A stretch of DNA of 64,000 bases from Eledone cirrhosa (Eukaryota), in contig OZ024757.1 of the NCBI GenBank assembly GCA_964016885.1, positions 40,672,001 through 40,736,000 of the forward strand, read 5' to 3'. Each line of letters opens with the position of its first letter. Position 1 is the stretch's first letter. This document shows positions 48,296 through 59,574 of the stretch, piece after piece. The notes below the pieces were generated by a model. It worked only from the letters and a program-made list of their open reading frames with translations, ran no database searches and had not been told where the DNA came from. Both the position numbers and the translations under genes were made by a program.

Positions 48296-48690
48296 CTGTA
48301 TTTCCCTGAACCGAAGACGCTTCGTCCTCGAGGACGCACTCTAATTTTGATAACCAAAAATTTGAAAAAAATAAAATAAACAACCTTCGGCCTCCAGGAC
48401 GCATGGTAGGTTTTTGAGATTTATTTTAGGGAAAATGTAGCGTCTTCGATGCCGGGGAATACGGTATATTGTTTTGCTGAGGTGTACATCTAAGTCAGAG
48501 GTCCTCAAAATGGGCGCTATCACACCCTGGGTTGCGTTGAGTAGGTCCAAATGGGTGCCGGGACCTAAGATGCCGGGGTGGGCCGGTTAGATAATATAAC
48601 AGTATATTGATTACTTTTTTTAAAATTTTTGGTTGTCAAAATTAGGGTGCGTCCTCGCGGACGAAGCATGTTCGGCGCCGGGAAATACGG
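48296..48690. mobile_element. Tc2/pogo-type MITE (CCGTATTTCCCGG TIR, TA TSD) with two right ends and an internal unrelated fragment
   Basis: Left end ta-ctgtatttccctgaaccgaagacgc...ggacgcactctaattttgataaccaaaaa. Right ends gcgtcttcgatgccggggaatacgg-ta (48464) and ttttggttgtcaaaattagggtgcgtcc...ccgggaaatacgg-ta (48690). Confidence 0.78.
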
Positions 48691-49552
48691 TAAATACTAT
48701 TTACAATTTGCGTATAGGCAGGTCTCAGGGAATAGAGGTGCGGGGGTGGCGCTGAGTGCATTATGTGCCTGCGAGGGGGTGGGGTGGGGGGGGGGGGGGT
48801 TCTAACAGTACCTCTGATCTAAATTGAAATCATGACCTTACAATCGCGAACACAATAAACTAACCACTAAAACCTAGACCTTCGCAATGAATAAATAAAT
48901 AAATAAATAAATAAGTAGAGAAACTAAAGTAAAAAAGACTAAGATAGTAAAGAGAAAATTAAAAGAAAAGCAAAGGAAAGTAAATTTGTTTTCACAAATA
49001 ATTGTTAGAGACATTATGAAGAAGGTGATTAGGTGATCCTATCTTAACGAGGAAATAATGGACTGATTTTTATCACATTGTTTGACAAACATTTACATCG
49101 CAATAGAAAACTTACAAGTTTCTTGATTCAAAAGATTTCATATGTTTATCAGCTTAAAAGAAAAAGAAAACAAAACTAAAAAAAAAACTAGAAATTAGAA
49201 ACCAAAAACAAACGAAAAAAACTCACCATCATTAACAAGAAAATGTTTCTTTTTTTCCTTTTTGTATCTGTAATGGATGGAGAAGCATCAAGTGAAGGCA
49301 ATCTACTTATTCTAGGGACGTAAAGATTTTACAGCTGCTTTAATAATTGAAAGTTAATTATGAGGAGATCGTTTAACACTTAAAATGTCTATTGTTTTAA
49401 AATACCTATATCTACTAAATAAGTTAGAGAGATGGTAGAGTAGTAAGAACGTTCGATAGAAGGTATTGTCTTGGTCTTTCCTGCTCTCTGCCCTTTAACT
49501 TCAAATGTCAACGTCAACATTACCCTTCATCCTTCCATGGTATATAAAATAA

Positions 49553-50042
49553 TTGTTTCTACTTTAGGCACAAGGCCAGCAATTATCCCAGTGCATTACT
49601 GGTACTTTATTTTATCGACTCGATAAGGATGAAAGGCAAAGTTAACCTCGGCGGGATTTGAACTGAGACGGTAAAGGACCGCAACTCTATGTTAGAAAGC
49701 ATGGCGTCCGACCCTCCACCGATACTGCCAATCCACCGCCCTTCTTAATGTTCGTCTTAATAATAGCAAAAACATAGAACATATATAATTGTTTCTACTT
49801 TTGGCACAAGGCCAGCAAATACCCAGTACATTACTGGTACTTTATTTTATCGACTCCGTAAGGATGAAAGGCAAAGTTAACCTCGACTAGATGGAAAAGT
49901 TAACCTCGGCGGGATTTGAACTCAGATCGTAAAGGACCGTAACTCTATGCTGGAAATCATGGTGTCCGACCCTCTACCGATACTGCCAATTCACCGCCCT
50001 TAATGGTCTTCTTAATATTAACAAAAACAGAACATATATAAT
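49553..50042 (-). mobile_element. Tandem duplication of a Meta-domain SINE plus flank (about 240 bp x2)
   Basis: ttgtttctactt..ggcacaaggccagcaa begins at about 49553 and about 49789; both units end in agaacatatataat. Confidence 0.88.
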
Positions 50043-50748
50043 GTATTACTATCGTCAGTTTTATACTTTTGTTTCACTTTTATTACTGTCCAACTAGCAT
50101 CTAGCAGCTAGAGAGTGAGTGGTTGTTAAATAATGCTAAAATATTGTAAACTGTGCTGTCAGTAAGGTCTGGAGCAAGTACAGTTGTTAAAAGTAGAATT
50201 AAGCTATCTATTGAAATATTACTTTATTTTAGCAGCTGTAGTAGTAGCTATGAACAACTTATCAGTCCTGTTAGCTAATGTCAGCACGAAATGATTTATT
50301 CAGCTGAAGAAAAGTAAAATCAATGTCATCCACAACTCTTTATTTCTTCAATAACTATGAATTCTAATTATTTTAGTCTACCATTGGCATAAAAATTGAT
50401 GGTTACTTCCTTTAGGTTTCTTTCGCTTCAATTTCAATTTTACATTACTTAGATGAAGTTTACTTAGAGTTTATAAAAAGGAAAAGCAGCCGATTGTCAG
50501 ATCCGACCAAGGAAAACAGTGTTTCCATTTACCTTCCCATATGTCTTCCCATTTGTCTTTCAATTCATCTTTCGACTGGTATTTCCATTGCTGAGCATTA
50601 TTTGGTTACCTATTAAATACTTTAGTAGTGGTATTGTCATTAGTGGCTTCTTTCTTTATTTCTTTTATTTGTTTTGTTGGTTGAGGTGGGGGTAGGTTGG
50701 GGAATAAAAGTTGCGAGGAGAACTCAGAAATCTTAGAGTCTCGTAACG

Positions 50749-50805
<57 letters not shown>

Positions 50806-50856
50806 GAAGTGTATTTCTCGCCCTAGCACAGCTGATACATAAATGTGCGCATACCT

Positions 50857-50911
<55 letters not shown>

Positions 50912-50924
50912 AGGGTGGGGGTGG

Positions 50925-51043
50925 GGGTTCAATCGGGGGTAACCAAAGTAAGGTACTCAATACATAGCAGAGTATAAATATTTAATATAGAAATGGATTC
51001 TACAGGACTAGAACTGTTTCATTCAAAGGAAATCACCAGGAAA
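50925..51043 (-). mobile_element. Fragment of a second hammerhead-like, inverted-repeat family; partner fragment at 57576-57690
   Basis: Both share ttctac.ggactagaactgttt.attc.aaggaaatca.cagg. The gggttcaat.gggggtaacca...gtactcaatacata segment lies upstream here and inverted downstream in the partner. Confidence 0.6.
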
Positions 51044-51049
51044 GCTATT

Positions 51050-51112
<63 letters not shown>

Positions 51113-51340
51113 ACATACATATATATGGCAAGTTAGATTACCGATATAAAAGACACAGAAGCGAGAAGCGAAAACCAACCAAACAGTGAGTGTGTTCTGT
51201 TATTAATTCTGGCAATATTACACAAATATGACCCTCCCCAAGTATAACAATATGTATATATATATATATATATAATAAGGGTTGACGGACCCACCATATT
51301 TATCAATGCCAGTACCGGTTGTATCTCAGCGCACTCCATG

Positions 51341-51386
<46 letters not shown>

Positions 51387-51489
51387 AAAAGGTAAAACCC
51401 CGAAGACAGAGCTCAAGCCGTTTCGACGGCTATTTCTGGACTATTTCTGGGCTATTTCTGGGCTATTTCTGGTCCATCTGGTTCCTTTG

Positions 51490-51548
<59 letters not shown>

Positions 51549-52154
51549 ACTTACCATCAATAATTCGGGCTTGGATTATCGACATTTACGATGAATTATT
51601 AGATACATATTGAAGGAAGAGAGATAAGTAGAGATTCCTGAACACATTTTTATGAAACATTGAAAACTTATGAAATAACTGCACATTATTTCAGTGTTTA
51701 ACCAAGGTAGATTTGTGTGTTGGACAATGAGTGTCAAATTTTCGTGTTCAGTTTTGAAAGATGATTTCAACAAACATGTCAAAAGAGACAGGTACGTTCC
51801 GTCTACACTGCTTTTAAATCCAATAAACTTGGCCAAACTGCGCATTTTCAGGTGATATTCTGACAGGCTTGTTAAAATAATTTAGATTACTCTGTTACAT
51901 CAGACACCGTCTTCGTCGGTTTATATACAGAAATCATGGACTTCACTGACAAAACGAAAACGAGTAAAATGAAATATATTTTGTATATATAAAGTGTTGA
52001 GGGAGTAGGTAAAGATCTGGTTGGGAGAGAGCGAGAGAGATAGAGAGAGAAAGATGGGTTGAGGAGAGATAGATACATAGATAGTTGGATAGATAAATAG
52101 AAAAAGATATAAATATATATATATATATATATAGCTGAATAGATAGATATATGA

Positions 52155-52222
<68 letters not shown>

Positions 52223-52223
52223 T

Positions 52224-52286
<63 letters not shown>

Positions 52287-52321
52287 TTAGATAGATAGAT
52301 AGAATGATATATAAATAGATA

Positions 52322-54100
52322 AGTTTCTTTTATTTGCCACTAGGGCATCAAAAGTGGGACAAGTACAAAGGGGGGAGTTTACACAAAAAGGCGTCCTCAA
52401 TAAGGAGGAGGCAATAACAAAATATAAAAATAAAATAAGATATAACAAAAAATAAAATTTTTAACAAAATCCTCAATAGAGAGGAGGCGCCTTGGGGGGT
52501 CGCACACACCCCCGAAAAAAGTGTGCAACCCTTTTCCTCAGGAGCACAGAGAGGGGGTGCTCCCTCGTTCCTTCCTCTTTTCCACCTACAGGCTTATGTA
52601 AAGAGAAGGCCCATTCACACGGGCCATTCTCGCCACTTTCACCCACCTTTCATAAAAACGACTGGGGTGCAGCACCTCTCTCTCCATCCTGATCCTTCTT
52701 CCGAAATGATATCGGAAGAAACGGACCAGTTGTTGGCCAGAGAGAAAGGTGCCTGACCTCAGTCCTTTCAGACGCGTCCACCATACAACCTCTTTCGCCA
52801 TGGCTATTACGCACAGAAACACCGCCTCTGCTTCATCTTTGAAGGGGGGAGGCGGCTTGATCATTACAATAGACTCGGTGGTCAACCGGATCGGTCCCAC
52901 CCTTGACAGCAGTTGTTCGACATAGCCCCACAGATCGGCTACGCCCGAGCAGTGTACCAATGCGTGTGCAACGGTTTCCTCGTCGCACACGCATCTGGGA
53001 CAGATCTTTTTGGCGGGGTCCCTACCCGGGCGCCCGTGTCTGTAGAGCCTTTCTCGAACGGGTAAAGCCCCTCGGTAGCACTGCCAGGCCAGGGACTTCT
53101 GGAAGTTGTCCATAGGTCCCGGGCTGAATGTCCTACCGAACAGGCTGGCCAGTTCGTCCTCCTCCATGTCTAGGGCTTCTCCGAGGGCGTCGTCGCACCT
53201 GCTGCGTACCAGCCCTCTATAGAATGTTGCGGTGGAGTCTCCACTGATAACCGGATCCGCCTGCCAGAGGGCGGTGAGCGCCTGGGCACACTCAGTGTGC
53301 CAGGCGCCCAGTTTTCTCGGTCTTTGCTTGACCCAGGATTGCAGCTCGGTGAGTGAGACGAGTCTGGGAAAGGTTCGTCTCACAAACGAGGCCCACACCG
53401 GTTGTCCGGTGAGGAATACGTAGAGGTGCCGTAGCCTTAATGCGTGTTTACGCATCATTAGCCATGGCATCCCCAGCCCTCCCTTCGAAGGGTGTTGACA
53501 GCAGATGGATCTCCTCACCATAGGAGCCCGCCTCTTCCAAAGGAATTGGAAGAGCGCGCGCTCCATCTTGGTGAGAGTTTCCCTTGGGCAGGGCACTACG
53601 GTCAGGCGGTAGTAGATGACGGACGCTATATAAGTGTTCGCCACCTCCGCCCGACCTTTCAGGGATAGTTTGCAACTGGCCCACTTCTGGGTCAGTGCAA
53701 ACACCCTGTTCGTAACCTCCGCCCAGTTTTTCTCCACCTGGAGGTCCGGTCCGAACCAGACCCCGAGCAACTTCACCGGGCCCTCCGTCCAGCGTCCGAC
53801 GACGCCATCAGAGGGCATCGGTCTGCCCCTCCACGTGCCGAGTTGCAAACCGATCGACTTGTCCCGGTTCAGCTTAGCCCCTGTGAACTTTTCGTACTCC
53901 TCCAGTAAGGTGCCGACCGCCTCGATTTCGGAGGCCGTCGACACCATTACTGTCACATCATCGGCGTAGGCTGACACCGCTTTCCGCAATCCCGGTTCCA
54001 AAGGGATGCCCTGCAACAACTCCAACTTCCGCAGTAGTGGCTCGAGAGTCAACACATACAGAAGGGAGGAGAGAGGGCACCCTTGTCGGATGGACCGCGC
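52322..54100 (-). mobile_element. 5'-truncated L1/Tx1-type non-LTR retrotransposon inserted in (GATA)n
   Basis: A GC-rich island holds the RT ORF and a 3' UTR ending gccctagtggcaaataaaagaaactt. GATA repeats flank both ends. Confidence 0.93.
52586..54100 (-). CDS. Partial ORF2: RT domain C-terminal half, thumb and zf-RVT zinc knuckle (5'-truncated, about 500 aa open)
   Basis: SIRQGCPLS, AYADDV, GAKLNRDKS, KLLGVWF, LSLKGR, GGLG, CPRC...ETVAHALVHC; no internal stop. Confidence 0.92.
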   Translation of the reverse strand, partial: ARSIRQGCPLSSLLYVLTLEPLLRKLELLQGIPLEPGLRKAVSAYADDVTVMVSTASEIEAVGTLLEEYEKFTGAKLNRDKSIGLQLGTWRGRPMPSDGVVGRWTEGPVKLLGVWFGPDLQVEKNWAEVTNRVFALTQKWASCKLSLKGRAEVANTYIASVIYYRLTVVPCPRETLTKMERALFQFLWKRRAPMVRRSICCQHPSKGGLGMPWLMMRKHALRLRHLYVFLTGQPVWASFVRRTFPRLVSLTELQSWVKQRPRKLGAWHTECAQALTALWQADPVISGDSTATFYRGLVRSRCDDALGEALDMEEDELASLFGRTFSPGPMDNFQKSLAWQCYRGALPVRERLYRHGRPGRDPAKKICPRCVCDEETVAHALVHCSGVADLWGYVEQLLSRVGPIRLTTESIVMIKPPPPFKDEAEAVFLCVIAMAKEVVWWTRLKGLRSGTFLSGQQLVRFFRYHFGRRIRMEREVLHPSRFYERWVKVARMARVNGPSLYISL

Positions 54101-54146
54101 GATAGATAAATCGATAAATAGATAGGTTGATGGATAGATAGATAGA

Positions 54147-54407
54147 TTTCTATATTTGCCACAAGGGCGCACAAGGAAAGGGGACAATGCAAAGACATAT
54201 GCCGGGGACTTTACATATAAACGTGTACAAAAATGTTAACATACAAATTCAACAATCGACATCCCAATAGGGAGGAGGCGTTACCAATGGGTTGTTTTAT
54301 ACCCCGTAGATAGAACAACACTCAACTCCAAGAACATGTTGTACAAGTGCTCCTTTCTTCCTTTTGCTCTCTTCTTCAACACACAGTTTTAAATACAGAG
54401 AAGGCCC
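54147..54407 (-). mobile_element. Second Tx1-type 3' end (last ORF codons plus diverged 3' UTR) in the same (GATA)n tract
   Basis: Reverse complement starts gggccttctctgtat (GPSLY, as at the end of the 52586 ORF), shares cgcctcctc.ctatt and ends gcccttgtggcaaatatagaaa. Confidence 0.8.
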
Positions 54408-54452
54408 GATAGATAGATTGATATATGAGATAGATAAATAGATATATAGATG

Positions 54453-54537
<85 letters not shown>

Positions 54538-54822
54538 GTGCTCGAGAGTAAGAGCTATCTATTGATTCACTAGCTTCGTACGTCGTACTAAAATGTGTGA
54601 TTTTTTCTTCTTTATATATAACTTAGATAATATGTTCAATTTCATTGTTGAAGTTTACTTGAGGAAATAACGAAGGAAAAAATAGAGAAACGACATAAAA
54701 AGGTAGACGAGGAACAAACTTGAAATTAAATTTAATGAAAAAAATTAGAATCAAACTGATTAATTTATAGAACACATGTAAAAAAAGAAGCATGAACTCT
54801 TGAAATCTTTTAGAAAAATACT

Positions 54823-54899
<77 letters not shown>

Positions 54900-54932
54900 A
54901 AATATGTATATATAAAGTATGACTACATATTT

Positions 54933-54996
<64 letters not shown>

Positions 54997-55037
54997 CATA
55001 TGTATATATATATATATATACATATATATAGATATAT

Positions 55038-55093
<56 letters not shown>

Positions 55094-55451
55094 TTTATAT
55101 ATATATTGCATACTAAAGGAATCGGTTATTTCTTTGAGAGGAAATGAAGAAAAAATGAAAAGAAAAGGATGAAGGTAAGAAAGAAAGACAGAAAGAAAGA
55201 AAGGCCGTTTATATATATATATATAACTATCCTTGGCACCCCCCTACACACACGCATACAGACCATTTCAATTACAATCATCGATTCTGTTCGATACTAC
55301 ATCGAACACTTTTGTGTCCCTATCACAAGTGGCACCCCCCTCCCACACCCACACACACATACACACTACCATGAATACTACTCACACATATACACAGGCA
55401 CACAGGTTCATATACACTCACACATAAAAAATAATAATAATTACACTGAAA

Positions 55452-55501
<50 letters not shown>

Positions 55502-55809
55502 ACATACTATAGATAGATAGATAGATAGATAGATACATAGAGAGATATCTTTCTTTATACATATATACACCTCTATAATAACAATAGAACAACGATATCG
55601 ACACCGCCGCAACCATAGAAAGTCGTTTACGAAAGAAATAAAAAAAAATACAAAAAACAAAAATCAGAAAACGGAAAAGAGTTGAACAATATAACCATTA
55701 GCCCAAATCTAACATTGGTAACAACAATATCACAGTTACTATTACACAAACACCACCATAATGATTTTTGTTGTAGCCACAAGACCAACATATTTAGGAG
55801 AGAGGAAAT

Positions 55810-56101
55810 TTGATTCAATCGCCCCCTGTGAGTTACTGGTATAATATTTCGTAAGGATGATGAAAGGCAAATCCTACCTCGGTGAGATTTGGACAGAACA
55901 AAAAAGGTTTGTAACTGAATTACGCAAAGCATTTTTTTCACGCTCTGTCGATGCTGCCAATCAATAACCCTGAATGGATTCATATTTAAGTGCAAGGTCA
56001 ACGGTTTTAGTGAGGGTAAAGTCGATTAAATCAACCCCAAAGCATTACTGGTATTTTATTTTATCGATCCGTTAAGAATGAAAGGCAAAGCTAACCTCGG
56101 C
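55810..56101 (-). mobile_element. Two Meta-domain SINE fragments
   Basis: ttactggta...atgaaaggcaaa...cctcgg occurs twice. Confidence 0.75.
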
Positions 56102-56969
56102 ATGATAAGTCTCTGGTGGCTTGACACAGACTTTAAACCTGCGAGGGAATGGCGTCTTAACGAGGGGGGGGGGGGGGAGTTGCTTAGCACCTAGGAAACC
56201 TTGATAGACACCGGCCTGATGGACTCCTGGGGATTTGAGCTTGCGACAGCCTTTATTCCTGCAATGGAATGGCTTCCTGTGACAAGCGGGAGTCTTGTAC
56301 TCACACTCACTTCACGCCATGGAAACTGAGATAAGCACTGTATTAAAGAACGACCGGGTTCGAAACCTACTTTAGGTTCTAGATATTCTGCATAAGGTTC
56401 CGTCTTAATCAGACTTTCTACTTAACATATACCTAGTCGAATTGCTCTTATCAACAACACAACATACATGACCTCATATAGAGACGGCATTAAAGATATC
56501 ACATTCACACCATTTTCCCAAACGCACACACACAACTACAAAGAAAAAATAAAAGAATAGAAAGAACTCTATATATCAGTCACACAGAAAATTGGTTCTA
56601 AACCAAATCGATTAAAGGTAGTAGCTACCAAATTTCCATTTCCCGTCTTCGCAACAGTGCCAAAGAACACCAGATAAAAATCAACCAATATATTCGTCAT
56701 TACAAACAAACTACAGACTACATACCGCATACACGGAAAACGGAATGTCTAGAAGTTAAGTGAAACGTCAGTTCATTATTAATAGGACGAGGAGAAGACA
56801 TACATAAAAGCAAAATCCACATGCTCCACTTTACAAACACTTAGAGTAGCTATATTTTGTCAACAGAAAACAATCAAACATTTTGTTTTACAAAAACGTC
56901 CATTATATCTATCATCGAATTTGTAAGATTTACCTAGTTTTTGATATTTCCCCTACCTTACTCAATAAT

Positions 56970-57448
56970 GGTTTCTGATGAAAGCACAAGGCCAGCAATT
57001 TTTGAGGAAAAAGAAAGTCGATTAAATCAACCCCAGTGAATTTTATCAACCCCGTAACGTTGAAATCCAAACTAACCACGGCAGGATTTGAACTAAATAA
57101 TAATAATAATAATTGTTTCTACTTTTGGCACAAGGCCAACAAATACCCAGTGCATTACTGGTACTTTATTTTATTGACCCCTGTAAGGATGAAAGGCAAA
57201 GTTACCCTCGGCCGGATTTGAACTCAGTCTGTAAGAAGGACATAACTCTATGCTGCAAAACATGGCGTTCGACCCTCTACCGATACTGCCAATGCACCGC
57301 CTAATAATAGTTTCAGATTTACGCACAAGGCCAGCAATTTTATGTGAGGGGAAAGTCGATGAAATCCACACCACTGTGAGACTGGTACTATATTTTATTG
57401 ACCCGTAAGGATAAAAATGCAAAGCTAACCTCGGCAGTATTTGAACTT
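56970..57448 (-). mobile_element. Cluster of three Meta-domain SINE copies or fragments
   Basis: gcacaaggcca at about 56984, 57129 and 57323, each followed by Meta/B-box-complement sequence. Confidence 0.85.
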
Positions 57449-57463
57449 AATGTATAGATATAT

Positions 57464-57545
<82 letters not shown>

Positions 57546-58491
57546 TGAGTGTGAGTGTGAGAGAGAGAAAATAGCTTCTACCGGACTAGAACTGTTTAAT
57601 TCGAAGGAAATCATCAGGAAAACCGACTGTCAATGTGTTATGGTTATGTATTGAGTACTTTACTTACTGTGGTTACCCCCAATTGAACCCGGTATACACA
57701 TATACATATATATATACATATATATATGTATGTGTGTGTGCGTGTGTGTGTTTACATACATGCATATGTGCTCATATATACAAATTCACACATTCATACA
57801 TACCTACATCCACGTGTAATTAAATGCATATTCCTGCATACATACGTACATATATGCAAACACACACATACGTCCACACATACATACACAACAAGATCTT
57901 TATAATTAAGTACACACAACCCCCTCCCCCCTCCACACACACACGTGTACATACACGTACATACACACCAATATATGTATAATTAACCACAGATATACAC
58001 AATGGCTTTACCTTTAAACTAAATCAGTTTCTACTTTCCTAGCGTCTTAAATAGTACAGAATGTTATCTAAAAATTTATTATTCATTTAAATACCGTATT
58101 TTTATTGTATTTTATTTTAGTTTCTTTTTTCAGGTGTATCTGCACGTGTATATATGTGTGAGTTTGTGTGCAAGTGCGTATATGGCTATGTACGTGAGCT
58201 CACATGTGCGTATGTGTGTGTGTGTATGTGTGTCTGTGTGCTTTTGTGCTTGTATCTGTGTGTGTATGTGAATTCTTTCAATTTTCCTACTAAACCAATT
58301 GTCTTCAGTGCATAAAATACACCCCTTTCTCTCCCTCTCTTTCTCTCTCCCTCTCTTTCTCTCTCTCACTCTCTCTGCACAACTCTATAGAGAAAAATCG
58401 TTACTATACACCCCCAACACAAACATATATATATATGTATATATATATATATATGTATATATATACATATATATATGCGCATAAATATATA

Positions 58492-58589
<98 letters not shown>

Positions 58590-58908
58590 AACACACAGAC
58601 ACACATGTGAATATATACATTCAAGAGGATATGCATACATATACACAGACAACACAACAGGTTGAACAAAACCACATATTCTGACACCCTCCTTTCAACA
58701 GACAAACATTGCTATACACACACACACGCACACACACACACATACACTCACAAACACTCACATACCATCACACACACACTCACATGAACACGCATACACA
58801 CTCAAGCAGCACAAATACGCTATATGCGGTAACACACCATAACTTCAGACACGTTCCTTTCAACATACACATTACTACACACACAAATATATACACACAC
58901 ACACACAC

Positions 58909-58951
<43 letters not shown>

Positions 58952-59574
58952 ACGACCAGACACACAACACACACACACTATATGCTGCAAGACAACACAC
59001 CATATCTTCTGACACGCTCCTCTTTTCAACAGACACATTTGTATACAAATCTTCTCGCTGTTTGTTTGACATAAAAATAAATATTTTATTCCAAACAAAC
59101 AAGAGAAAAGGACCAACAACTAACAAATAAAAGAACTACAAAACACCCAAACATAAACAAACAAAAACGAGACGAAAACTCGTGAAAATAAAATAAAATT
59201 AACACAAAAATACAAAAAATCAATAATAAAACGAAAACTAAAATATTGTATTGATTAGACTTAAACTATAGCCATCACTCACAATTGAGAATGACTTGGT
59301 AGATATGAATCATACTTTAGATAAAGATTTGTAGGTCTCTGCGGAGTTCGTAGTCGCAGTTCATCGACCTGTTTTAATAGGTAAATACTATGACAGTTAT
59401 ACATTGTACTCTTTTAACAAATTAACCTTTTTGATGGTGCGTCCATAGCCAGATTTAATGGAGGGACACAGGGGCCAATTGTCATCTTCTTGAACTATAT
59501 ATAGTTACCAATATCAGGGGTCTGACGAGCCGCGGGTTACAGAGTCAGGCTGAAAGAGTTGGGGGAGTACCTCA

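Noticed and set aside
51576-51950. Non-repetitive stretch with an 89-aa minus-strand ORF as a possible host exon
   Set aside because: No recognisable motif or convincing splice sites; it would need BLASTX or RNA-seq.
54101-54187. N-terminal 29 aa of the 533-aa ORF
   Set aside because: Read-through from GATA repeat and the neighbouring element's 3' end; RT homology starts at about 54100.
56194-56230. GAAAC...CCTGATGG as a permuted hammerhead
   Set aside because: The core is incomplete and the stems do not pair consistently across the tandem units.
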